Positions 1 through 15,203 of a DNA stretch of 64,000 nucleotides are shown piece after piece (positions within the stretch are counted from its first letter, which is position 1; each line of letters opens with the position of its first letter). Source of the DNA: Xylographa opegraphella (Eukaryota); the NCBI GenBank assembly GCA_022813865.1, contig JALDZX010000008.1, positions 434,001 to 498,000 on the forward strand, given 5' to 3'. The notes beneath the pieces are model-generated. The model saw only the letters and a program-made list of their open reading frames with translations. It made no database searches and was not told the origin of the DNA. The position numbers and the translations under genes were made by a program.

Positions 1-552
1 GATAGGGGTTTACGATCATAGGAGTTCTACCGACCACTGCGGGCGGTGGAAGAACACGGTGAATAGCTTCCATGCATCATGTAGACTAGACTTCATTGCG
101 AGATCAAGGTCCACCGTGCCATGAGCGCATGCTCGTTCATTCCGCCTACTCTTCAATCTAACGGCTTGAACATTGTCGTCTGTTCCATTGTCTATTATTA
201 AGAGCCGTCAGGTCGCATCTTGTGGCTGGTCGTTCATAGGCGCAAATCCTTGTCAATAGCGTGCAGAGTCGTACCGACCGATCGTCAGAAACTCCACTAC
301 GACACTTCTAGGTGGAGGATCAGCAGCCGGACTCAGACATCGCTCCGCCTGTGACAGTCCTTTGGTACAGTTGGTGTCATTTCTATCGTCTTCGAGCAAC
401 TCAATTCTGCGATTATACGACAGATTGAAAACATCACTCCAAGTCGGTCGATAGCTAACCGCCGCACTTTTCCTTCACTCGACCAAGACCACGAGCTGCG
501 GGGGCCGGGTTCCCGCGAGGGGCTTTCGCGCTATCTCTTGAAACACGACAAC

Positions 553-3349
<2,797 letters not shown>

Positions 3350-4321
3350 ACGACCTTTGTAAGGCGTCTTGAGTCATCTGGTAATTGATATTCGGCGACG
3401 GGTTATATCCTACGACTAAAAATGCTTTGGAAAGTTACGCACATCATTTCAGAGGGTTTGGGTATATGGACCTGCGACTGTACGATCTTGTTTTTCTTTT
3501 CAAATTGAGAGCCAGTTGGCGTTGGATATGCACTGGCATTGACCACCTGTGGAAGCTATCAGGCATCGGCCTTGATATCTCGACGAGAATGGCTATCCTT
3601 CCGCTGTTGTTGTCATCACGAGCCGACCGCCGTGGGACGAAGCACATGGTGGAATCAATACAGCTCGCGCGATTGCTTCAGTGACAAGCACTCCTGTGAT
3701 ACTGTTCCACACAGATAGAGAAACTGGTGCCATGCACCGTTATATTTACTATTCAGCATATATGGTATTTTCAACTGGTAATTATGATAACTTCACATCA
3801 GGCAAAGAAAGTTGCTCATGCACCGTACCGCTCCGCTAGCTCACAGCGCTTCTGAATGTTGCCCCGTATACCGAGCGACTTTATTCAGCTGAGCTTGACC
3901 TGCACGATTGTTGAACATGAAGCACACACAAATTATGTCTATAAATTCCTCAGTCTGCTATTGTGGTCGTCGTCAATAGTGTCTTCAATAGAACAGATGT
4001 GCACGCACAATAGAAAGTCCGCTGCAATTTCCCAGACTAACCTACATAAGTTAGCGCCCCTGGGAGCTAGGGGGAGCTTTCGCGATTTGACGTGTTGTGC
4101 CTATTGTGGCCCCAAGCCTATTGTGCATTCCAAGCTATTTTATTATCATTACAGAGTGTCGAGACAGAAATCTTCACCAAGGTACATAAGATTTGACAAA
4201 ACACTCACGCGCTACAACTCTTCTTCATCATTGCACTGGTTGGCACATTGAATTCTATCTTGTTTGAGAACTTTACATATTCTCTCTCGATCTTGCCATC
4301 GCTGGCTTGGGAACCGCTTCG

Positions 4322-6063
4322 ATGGCTCCAAAGAAAGGCGCAGTCACCACGACCAAAAAAGTGGTACCGAAGATAATAACCAAAGACAAAGGCACAAAGA
4401 CCAAGGTCAACGCCCCATCTAAGTCAGCAACTCGAGGCGAGTCATCAGCAGCCGCTCCGGGAAACGATGAAAAGACAACGTCTACGGCGCGTGTCACTGC
4501 AACCAACAAAAATAAGAGAAAAGCCGAAGCAGACGAAGGCGGCCAATTGAACGGGACCAAAACGACCAAGCTCCACCATGACTCCGATGCTGCGAGTTCG
4601 TTGCCCAAACCAAGAGGTAGACCTCGGAAAGCCACCACGCCTGGTGAAACGACCGGGACAGTTCATCCAGTCAAGAAATCTAAAATTGTTCTCAACGTCG
4701 CCCCTACTCAACGGCTCAACGTTTATGTATTCGGCGCAAACAGTGGTGGCGAGCTTGGACTCGGTCGAGGGAGCACATCCGAAAATGTCACTCGCCCTCG
4801 ATTGAACCCGAATTTACCTGCGGACTCTGTGGGTGTCGTTCAACTAGCTACTGGAGGCATGCATTGTGCTGCACTCACCCACGACAACAAAATTTTGACC
4901 TGGGGTGTTAATGACATGGGAGCACTTGGTAGAGATACGACGTGGGATGGTGGGATGGTGGATATGAAGGACGACAAAGACGACAGCGGATCAGATGATG
5001 ATGCCAGCGAGAGTGCGATCAACCCGAGAGAAGCTACGCCTACTGCTATACTTGCATCGGATTTTCCAGAAGGTACAGTATTCACCCAGGTGGCAGCTGG
5101 AGACAACGCGACGTTTGCTCTTACCGAGGAAGGGTTGGTATATGGATGGGGAAGTTTCAGGGTAAGCGTGTTGACGTTCAACTCCGCAGTATTCCGCTGA
5201 TCATCTTCTAGGGCAATGATGGAATTCTGGGTTTCTCCCCAACGGAAGGCAACCTCCAAGCACGACCTGTCCTTATTAAAAATTTGAAGAATGTGACCAA
5301 GCTGGTTGCTGGAAGCAATCACGTTCTAGCACTCACCGCAAGTGGCGCATTGTATTCTTGGGGTGCTGGCGAGCAAAATCAACTTGGTCGACGTATTGTG
5401 GAACGCACGAGACTCGGAGGACTTGTACCCCGTCAATTCGGTTTCGCCAAGAACATTGTCGATATGGGAGCCGGAGCACACCATTCATTTGCCATTCACA
5501 AAAATGGCAGTGTCTATGCCTGGGGCTTGAACAGCTACGGAGAAACAGGCATCGATGAACATGCCGGGGAGAGTGAGGCTACCATCCTAAAACCGACCGT
5601 GGTGGAGAGTCTAAGTGGTCATGGCAAGATAATCTCCATCAGTGGAGGGAATCATCATACCGTCGCCGTGACTGAGGAGGGCATGTGTCTCACTTGGGGC
5701 CGTATCGACGCGTTCGGCACTGGCCTGAAAATCAAGGACCTCCCGGCCGAGGATGTCATCTTGGACGACAACGGAAAAGCAAGGATCCTCACGGTCGCGA
5801 CGCCCATCCCGGGCCTTAATGTCGCCTTCGCCGCAGCAGGGTCCGATCACTCCATTGCGATCACGAAGGATGGCAAGGCCTACAGCTGGGGCTTCAGCGC
5901 AGACTACCAGACTGGGCTTGGGAATGATGACGACGTCGAATGTGCTACCCTCATCGACAACACGGCCGTTAGGGGCAAGCACTTGACATGGGCTGGTGCA
6001 GGTGGGCAGTATAGTGTCTTGGCTGGAGTCGCTGCGCCGATGACCAATGGGGACGCTCATTAG
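4322..6063 (+). CDS. pim1: RCC1/Pim1/Prp20 Ran GEF (one intron near 5162-5211)
   Basis: Basic N-terminal tail followed by RCC1 repeats (VFGANSGGELGLG, GGMHCAAL, SWGAGEQNQLGR, AGSDHS). Confidence 0.9.
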
Positions 6064-6527
6064 GGTGTTCTGGAGATTGCATTCTAAAAAGTCTACTGCG
6101 ATTGCGGAGGGGGCATGCGTAGTAGGCCCTCTGAAGATTGACACTTTACAGCATTTGGATCCGGGGAGGTTACTGCGGGGACACTCCGGATATCTATCGG
6201 TCAGGTATCCGTTGAGTGTCTAGGGTAAGAGATGATCATTTGGCACCCGCAAAAGGGCACCAGTACAGCAAGGCGTGTATGCTGATGCAGGGATATTTTC
6301 CTTCTGTATCCATTGGCATTCTACCACAGGCCATCACATCTTTTCAGTTCGATAGACACGCTAGCAATGATACTTTGCATGCAAAACATGCTGAAACTAT
6401 GGATGCCATGTACCTCTTGATATGCTATTGACTGCGTTCCACTATTCGTTGTCACGTTACCATACTCCACTTCGCAATCCCGCACCTCCTGCGGACAGCC
6501 CTTCCCTTCCCATCCCGTACAGCCCAC

Positions 6528-8438
6528 TCACAGCGCCAATACACTGACCTCGAGAATACCCTCTTCAGCCACTAGCTTCCCCACCACCTCCTTTCCCACC
6601 TCACGATCGACCCCCAGGATCATCAGCGCCTCATTGCTCTCCTCCTTCCCACCCTCCTGTCCGCCCTCGCCCGCCTGGCTCACAGGCGCCACGCTCATGT
6701 AATTGATATTCACCCCCTCCTTCCCCAGAATGCCGCCCACGGCGCCGATCTTACCGGGCGAGTCGTAGTTGTGGCAGATGAGCAGGTTGCCCTCCGGGAC
6801 GAAGGCCGTGGCGAAGCGGTCGAGGCGCGAGATGTAGATCTGCGACGCCGAGACGTAGCCACTGATGGCTTGCTCAATGAGGAGTGGGTCCCGCGCTGCC
6901 GGGGCGTCGTTGTCTGTGGAGGCGGGCGCGGCCGGTCGGCGCCTGGATGAGGCCCGCGAGGGGGCCGATGAGCGCGCACGTAGGGTCACGAGCGAGGAGT
7001 AGGGGTGGTCAGAGGGCGAGCGCGAGTGCTGCTCATTGATGACGAGCCCACGGTCGCGGGCGATGAATTCGGCGTTGACGATGTTGACGTTCATGCCGGA
7101 GGAGATTGGGGTTGTGAGGCCTTTGATCAGGGCGGCGAAGAGGGGTTTGGTGTTTGTCAATGTGGCGAGGGAACCTTCGTAGATGAGATCGAAGGTCGTG
7201 CGTGCATCGGCCTGGCTGGTAGCTGCTGTCTCTGATAGGTGTGGAGCGGCGTAGTGTTGCGTGTATAGGGAGCCCATCTTCTCTACGAGCCGGACAAAGG
7301 GTTGCAGGGTCTTGTATTCTTCTGGAAGGATGAGCGGAGCGTTGACTGCGCTGCGGGGGAGGTCGCCATGCAGGATGGAGAGCACTTGCTCGCAGACGTC
7401 AATGCTGACGTTCTCCTGGGCTTCGACGGTGGAGGCGCCGAGATGAGGCGTGGCCACGACTTTGGGGTGTGCGATCAGATTTGCAGCTGAAGATCCGGCG
7501 GGAGGCGGCTCGCTGGTGAAGACGTCCATTCCGGCGCCGGCGATGTGGCCGCTGTTGAGGGCTTCAAGCAGGGCTTCTTCATCGATCATCCCTCCTCGAG
7601 CGACGTTCAGGATTCGAGCTCCTTTCTTCATGGCGAGTAGTTCTTTCTTGCCAATCATCCCTTTTGTGCTTGCAATCAGTGGTGTATGGATTGTTAAGAA
7701 ATCAGAGATACTCAGAAGCTTGGGGAGAGAAGAAACGAGGTTAACATTCGCGGATTGGGCGATTGCTGGGGAACAGTATGGGTCCAGAGCTTCTACCGCC
7801 ATGCCGAGGCCTTTCGCGAATCTAGCCACGGTGATTCCAACTTTAATACCCGTTAGTATATTCGAAGTACGGCGTCGGGTAGAATATACATACCTTTGCC
7901 CAAGCCAATGATGCCCAAGGTCTTGCCCTTAACCTCCACCCCCACAAGCCTACTTCTCTCCCACTTGCCCTCTTTCAAGCTTGAGCATGCATCTGCGATG
8001 TTCCTCGCTACGGAAAGCAGGAGAGCAATAGTATGCTCCGCAGCTGCTCCGATATTGCCCGAAGGAGAATTGACGACAATTATTCCCAATTTTGTGGCGG
8101 TTTCGACGTCTGAACGACAACTCAATTGGTATCACAAGTTTTAATTTCATAGCAGATGTCTTACCAACATTGTCAACCCCCACACCCGCTCTAGCAACAA
8201 CTTTGAGCTTCTTGCCAGCCTGGAGGAGCGGTGCTGTGATTTTCGTCTCGGAACGGACTATCAAAGCATCGTAGTCGGGGATCAGCGCCAGGATATCCTC
8301 AGCCGACAATCCTTTCTTTTCATCAACTTCCAACGACTTTCGCAGAAGTACCAAGCCATCAGGAGAGAGCTTCTCGGGGACAAGGACACGAGGGTTCATA
8401 TGGCCATTGCCACCATTTATGCCATTCTTGGATAGCAT
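6528..8438 (-). CDS. SER3: D-3-phosphoglycerate dehydrogenase with C-terminal ACT domain (2 introns)
   Basis: ALIVRSETK, RAGVGVDNVD, GKTLGIIGLGKVG, NVARGG and TPHLGAST motifs. ACT domain at NYDSPGKIGAVGGILG. Confidence 0.93.
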
Positions 8439-8448
8439 GGTCAGCGAT

Positions 8449-8490
8449 AGAGATGGCAGAGATGGCAGAGATGGCAGAGATGGCAGAGAT
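8449..8490. repeat. 9-bp tandem repeat (AGAGATGGC, about 4.7 copies) just upstream of the SER3 ATG
   Basis: Directly visible: agagatggc agagatggc agagatggc agagatggc agagat. Confidence 0.9.
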
Positions 8491-8944
8491 ACGGAAATGA
8501 AGGGGCCAGAGTTGAACGCTTTCCCCACACATGATGAGGCCACACTGATGCCCGATAGCGGGCGACTGCAACCTCATCCTTCGGGCTGACTGACTGACAG
8601 TAAAGGCGGGGGTTTGATGCATGCCCCGGATTGCGGAGAATAATACTAGGGTTTGCAGTAGCGTGAAGCGGATCGGACCGCCAAAAATGGTAGTCTCGTG
8701 GTCACGGTACTGGGAGATATTGTTTACTTGAACCACAACCTGGTCCTAAGTGTGGAAGAAGCCTTATAGTCGCTATTCTTGTGACAAACTGCCCTAAAAA
8801 TACGATGGGTCCGCAAAGTCAGACAGGTTGTTTCTCACAGCTATGTCTGTACGATCTACACAAAATCCGTTGATCGGAATATGTCACGAAGGTACTGAAG
8901 GTGATGCCGTCAGAGTATTGCTGGTAGTCTCCATCATCACATGC

Positions 8945-9672
8945 TCACTCGAAGCCCTCCAAGCCCGCTGGCATCTTGAAATCCCGCAACTCGTCCCTCA
9001 AATATTCGGCTGTTGCCTCTGCCTTTACCTTGATATCATGCCACTCGGGCTCTCCCTCATCACCAGTATCACCGCCTGTCGGTCGTGCCTCACTTTGGTT
9101 TTGTGGACTCTTCGTACTCATATCACTCCCGGCAGTATCAATGTCTGCATTTGGACCAACGTCTTCAGCTGCATCATCTTCCTTAGGATCGTCCACTCTT
9201 TCAGTATCAGCCTTTCCAGCATCAAGCTTCCCCGTGTCATCAGCCTTGGTATCCACTTTCTTCTCGATCTTTTCACCAAATACTCCGACCAACAGCCCTT
9301 CCTTTATATATTCGATTGCAACCATTTCTCCTTCCAAGTCAACAACCATACTTTTCAGCATATTTGTAGTCGTAACCTCCGTATTCATCGTCTTCAATGA
9401 CTGCACACGGGCATGCTGAGCTGGATCATCTCCCAGTGCAAGAGAGCGATTCACACGCCATGTCAAGGCACCGAGCGCGCACGCGCGTTTGACTTTCCGA
9501 TTTGGGGTGACAGCATCCTTTGCGATAATATTACCGCCTACAGTGGTAATACTAGATGCTGTTTAGCTGGCTTTGCCTATAACTTCAGTGGACGAAGTAC
9601 GTACAAAATACCCTTGGCGACATGATCAAGATTCTCTGTGAACAGTGCGGAAAGTGCCCCCGTGCGTAACAT
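8945..9672 (-). CDS. Putative roadblock/LAMTOR2-Ego3-like protein with acidic insertion (one intron near 9553-9604)
   Basis: Spliced N-terminus MLRTGALSALFTENLDHVAKGIFITTVGGNIIAKD...ALGALTW. Later beta-strands (MVVDLEGEMVAIEYIKEGLLVGVFG) and a terminal helix. The family call rests on pattern resemblance only. Confidence 0.5.
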
Positions 9673-11297
9673 GTTGAGCTTCAGTTGTGTGGTACGGAAG
9701 AAAATGAGCTCTTGTCCAAGAGGATTATTACTTGATAGTGTTGCTTGGGAAGGGCAAGATAAGGTGTTGGGAAGATCTTCTGGGTGATTACAGCCTTCGT
9801 AATCAGGATTGGACCGCTCGCAATCGCTGCAACGAGTATATTCGTATAATTGGTTCTCAACCTGTATGGTAGTAGGAGCAGGGGTACGGAGAAGTTCTTC
9901 ACCTTGTGAAGAGGACTTTCCAGTGCTTGGTGGTGAAGAACACAACGGCTTGATCTGGGCTCTATCTCCAAAGGTAGAGACCCTGTGGCTTTCGTCGGGT
10001 TTCAAGATAGCCTGGTCTGCAAATTCAACCTGTCTGTGGACGGTCTTCGTTATAACAAGCTGCGGGAACTGCTCTTGGACGACCTGAACAGTGGTTGTAG
10101 CCGGCCAGGTCACGGATGCTACAAGAGGGGCCGCCTCAGGAGCAGAAGTTGAGGTAACAGGGGCGGCGGAGGCGGGTAACGTCAAGTCCGATCCTATATA
10201 ATCATTTGCATTAGTTTAAAATTGACGGTCATCAACGATCTTGATCAGAAGCAAACGAGATCGCCACCGGCCATACAGATGCTGCATAAGTACGCTTATT
10301 AAGTACACATTCGATCAGTCGGCAACTGTCCGTTGCTCGAAGATCCTGACCCTTTAACTTCACCTCTAAAAGTGTGTGTGAACCATTCTTGGTTACAGTG
10401 GTATATCGCGATGGACAAGAGTTGGGAGGGTACGTACGTCTGTCAGCCATTGTCAGTCAGGGGATTGGAATGTTGTGTATCTTGAAGGTGATCCTCAGTG
10501 GTATCTGTATTCCAGTGGTAACTCACGTGTTTTTGACGACTTACCTAAACTTCAATTCACACACCTGGCAGCGCCGCCTTAACTAAGAACAAAGAACCAT
10601 AGGAAGAATAGCGTATAGAATGTGGAGATAACGAGAAATTGCCGCAGTGTTTTGCTGGAGGGATTGCTGAGTATCTCCAGTGTCTGTACAAACCCTAACT
10701 GACTATCGAAAACGACGCTAAAACAGCAACTAGCCTCAAATAGAAGTAATATCAACTTTACAATGGATCCGTGACCTCTTTCTATGATGAACTACAAAGG
10801 ATGATATGCGGCAAGAGCCCCCCTACACAAAATGCATGGTGTTTTTCTATGACAGTGCGATGACAGACGTTGGATTTTAACTCAATAATTCAAGCGAGCA
10901 CAAACCCAAATTTGCAGCACATATCCCCTTGACGGCCGCCTCGGTCAAGAATGGGCTTCCATGCTGGCGTTCCTGTCAATGCAAAAGGACTGTAGACTGA
11001 ATGCACACAACTCCAATACCTAAAGGCTAAGGTAGCATGCAAGCAGCCGTTGAGCAAGCCTCTAATGTGGGCTGGGGTACCCCTCCCGTGCTTCATCTGC
11101 ACGTCATAGCTGCAGAGTGATCTGCGTATAAAGATGCAGCAATTGCCATTGCTCAGTTCTCCATGTTCACTATCAGAAGTCTAACCCGCAATTACCGACC
11201 TAACTCATACAACGTCAAGCTCTTCAGTCTCGGTGTGTACCCTAGCATTCCAAACCAACAGAATCTAACCTCAGCAGAAAGCAAATCACTAGCAACT

Positions 11298-12400
11298 ATG
11301 ACAGACACTTCCAAATACCGCTTCAACCACTCTATGCTGCGTGTCAAAGACCCGCAAGCATCCATCAAGTTCTATGAGTTCCTTGGCATGAAGAAAATTA
11401 ACCAGATGGATTTCCCAGACAACAAATTCTCGCTTTACTTTCTTGCTTACGACGATAAGAATAGTGCTTCCACAGGAGCTCACTGGTCAGACCGTCAAGG
11501 CGTCCTTGAGCTCACTCATAACCATGGCTCAGAGAATGACCCGAACTTTAAAATTGCCAATGGCAATTCTGAGCCAGGAAAGGGGTTTGGACATGTCTGT
11601 GTAGCCGTCGATAACATACAGGCGGCTTGCACAAGACTCGAAGAGGCAAACTACAAATTTCAGAAGAAGTTGTCAGACGGGCGAATGAGACACATTGCCT
11701 TTGCATTGGATCCCGATAGTATGTCAGATCCTATGACCTGTGAACTTAGAAGTCCAGCTGATACAACGGAGATTACTGGGTGGAAATCATTGGACAGAAC
11801 GACCCCGAGAAAACCAAAGACGTCAAAGAAACGGACACCGGCAGCTACAGATTTGTAAGACATCCTCAACCATATGAGCGATATTTTGACTCCGTACCAT
11901 CACTAACCCCCAACAGAATCACACCATGATCCGCGTCAAAGACGCCGAGAAGTCTCTCAAGTTCTACCAAGAAACCATGGGCATGACCCTTATCCGCACA
12001 AACGAAAACCCGGACAACAAATTCAACCTATATTTCCTCGGCTACCCCGAAGGATCGCCCGCAACGCAGGCCCATCGCGAAGGCCTCCTCGAGCTGACCT
12101 GGAACTACGGCACGGAGAAAGACTCGAACTTCAAGTATCACGATGGCAACTCGGAGCCGCAGGGCTTCGGGCATATCGCGGTCAGCGTCGATGATATCGA
12201 CAAGGCGTGTGCGAGGTTCGAGGAGAAGGGCGTGAGCTGGAAGAAGAGATTGACAGACGGGCGTATGAAGAATGTCGCCTTTGTGCTAGATCCCGGTGAG
12301 TTTCCGCTCGATTGTGAGGATCGAAGTAAGCTAACGAATTCAAGACGGGTACTGGATCGAGGTCATTCAGAACGAGAGGTTGAAGAAATCAAACTTGTAG
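11298..12400 (+). CDS. GLO1: Lactoylglutathione lyase (glyoxalase I, fungal two-domain), 3 introns; alternative upstream ATG at 11163
   Basis: Duplicated motifs NHSMLRVKDP/NHTMIRVKD, LELTHNHG/LELTWNYG, GFGHVCV/GFGHIAV, DPDxYWxE. Confidence 0.95.
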
Positions 12401-12605
12401 GGACAGACGACATCGGTGGTACAGATGCGAACAGAATGAAGCTGGACGCATTATGAAATATAGTGAAAGGTGGTCGAAGACCTTCGCATAGCGTATATAG
12501 TGTACAATGTACAGAGGATGATCTATTGGGTATCATATATCAAAATCTTACAAGGCGCAGACCATCAAATCTTGTCACCGGAACAATTTTTCAGCGTGCT
12601 AACCA

Positions 12606-14598
12606 TCATTCCTTCCCCACCCTTCTCCAAATCGCTACAAAAGCTGCCCCAGCACACACCACTGCCCCCAGCGCAATATACAAGTTCGTCCGATCGCCCA
12701 CTTCCTCCTCGCTCTTGGGGAAGCCGGTCGACGGCCACACGGCCACCTCCGCAATCCGCACAAACAGCTCACTGATGCTTTCCCACCGCACACTCACATG
12801 CAGCGGCTTGCTCATACTCAACCCGCTGGTGTAATCTTCGGGCTGGACCTCGGCCCGCTGCGTGGTCTTGTCGCGATCCGCCTTCAGGGCCACATACAGC
12901 GCCGGCAGGTCGTCGAGGTGAGGGTGCTTGGCGCGCAGGTCGGAAATGTGGCTGAAGGAGTCCGGGTCGCTGGAGTCGTAGGTGTAGACGAGGATGTCGC
13001 ACGCGTCGAGCTTGGCGCGGTTTTCGAGGATGGCGGACTCGAGCTCGCCAAGCTCTTCCAAGATGAGATAGCATTGTTTGCCGCCGGGGAGCTCCACGCT
13101 GTTGACGGCGGTACGGGGCTTGATGGTGGGATGGTAAGTGAGAGAGAAAGGGCGGGCGAGGAAGCTGTCGAGGAGAGCGGACTTCCCGGCGCTGGGGCCG
13201 CCAAGGATATACGCGTGGAGAACGTTGCGCTCCACGCGACCTGGTCGTTTGCGCCGTTTGCGGGCTTTAGTGAGTTGGAGAGCGGTGGTGGTTGTGGAGC
13301 GTGGGTCGGGGTGCTCGAAACCGAGGTAGGCGAGGTAGGCAAGGGTGGTGGCGGGAGAGGTGAACGTCGTCATGCTCCATTGAGCGAGCCAGCCTTGAAG
13401 GGTGATGTAATTTGCTTCATTACGGACTGTGGAGGAGGGGAAGGAGGAATCCGCCCACAGCGCAGGTAAGCCTGGAGTGGGAGCGAACAGGGCGCTCAGT
13501 TCCGAGGGGCTGAGGCCACCGTCGTTATCTTTGTCAAAAAGAAGGAAGAGGTCGACGAAAAACCGGTACCCGGATGGCGAAAGCTCGGCGGAAGAGTAGG
13601 GTGGGATGTCGAATTTGGGGTGGAGGAAGCTATCTTTGAGGCTGAGGCTGTCAGTGTAGTGGAAAGTTCGGAGGATGATCCAGACGGTCTCGTGGCGACC
13701 CTTTTCAGCAAAGACCTTACTGAGGAGAAGAAAACCTTGTTGATTGATGCCTTTCTCCGTGACAGAGTCGCAAGAAATTTTGGAGACAGTTTGCTTAATA
13801 TTATTAAGGTCATCCTCTCCAAGCGGTTTACCGAAACATTTTGTCTGAAAAGCATGGATTTCGCTGTCATTGAGATAGCCATCATGATCCCGGTCACATA
13901 AATAGAATACACGCTTCAGAGCAGACACAGCCGCCGGCTTTAACGTAGACTCTTTTGAGTCGAACAGTGGAGCTATGGGATGAGTGACAGCCTTTTGGCA
14001 TAGAAAGAAGACTTCGTTGATGTTGTGATGTTCCCTCGCACTCGTTCGGATGCACGAATCCACCTCTTTGAATTCCGCCATTAAGGGCAGCATCTCATCT
14101 TCCACCACTTGGGCTGCGCTTTCGCTTCCAGTGGCGAGATCTGATTTGTTGGCGCACAGAACCACTGGGACGTTGACCCCGAGAGAACGGAAGTGCGGTA
14201 TCCAAAACAACCCAGCGCGCTCATAGCTGTAGTGGTCGGAGTAGACCAACAGGATGACGTTCGATTTCCTGATTTCCTTGTTAAGAGCAGCCCGCTCTTG
14301 TGGCAACGCTGAAGTATCCACTATGGTGGTCGTAGCATTTTCCGGTGTCCCAAGACTTGGTGGAATAGTAATCTGTGGAAGGGTCGATTGAATCTTGGCC
14401 GTAACGAAGACATCTTTGACGAGAGAAGTGATGAGGCTGGACTTTCCAGTACCTGTGAGAACATACATATCAGTTGAGCTGACTGGCTGGTTCTGAGGTC
14501 TTGAGATTACCTTCGTCACCACAGACACAAATTCGGACTACGTGCTAGACATTCAGCGATGAACTTTCAAGGATATGGAATTCCATACCAGCGGCCAT
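12606..14598 (-). CDS. GEM1: Mitochondrial Rho GTPase Miro
   Basis: Short 5' exons give [18 protein letters not shown]. Two EF-hands ([16 protein letters not shown]), a second GTPase domain (GGPSAGKS) and a C-terminal TM anchor. Confidence 0.95.
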
Positions 14599-15203
14599 TA
14601 TGACCTGACATATCTTATCCCAGCATACGAGGTCAAGAGAGATTCTGCGACGGGCCCGTACAAGATAGAGGATTCATTGGAAATGATTTTCGGCGTAGAC
14701 TAGCTGTGAACAGAGAGTCGTTCACGGAGAAGACCTCAAGTCAGATATCGCCTAGGCCTGCCGTTTCAGGTGAGCACGTGGCCAAGCTTCGCTAGGGCTG
14801 CGGCTTCATGGATTACGGAGCGCGCCTTGCTCTGCGGGGCATCTATGTGTGCATAGTACAGCGAAAGTAGCTTATTAGCCATCAAACAGACAATACACTA
14901 CTCAATGCTGTATTCCTTCGAAAAGCTGATTGGTCAATGTACATGTTGCAGTGTCTGTACTCTGCTGTAGAGACTCCCTGAGGATTTAGGCTGTTGCTCC
15001 GAGTTGCGGCAAAAGATGCCTCTCTCACCCATGTTCTTCCCCACATTGCGCTAGGCCAGTCAGCTCTCCTTCCATTTGTCCCTGGCATTATCATCCCGTG
15101 TTGGACTGCAGGAACGATGTCGCTGTTTATGAATGCGTGAGTCTTGAATCTCTCCGAAAACTTTCGCTGTCGGAGATCGCGCATTTTCCTTGTTTCGCTC
15201 AAC

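Noticed and set aside
9577..10185. 202-aa ORF upstream of the roadblock-like gene
   Set aside because: It has a non-ATG start and no recognisable motif. Only its last codons coincide with the inferred first exon (ATG at 9672).
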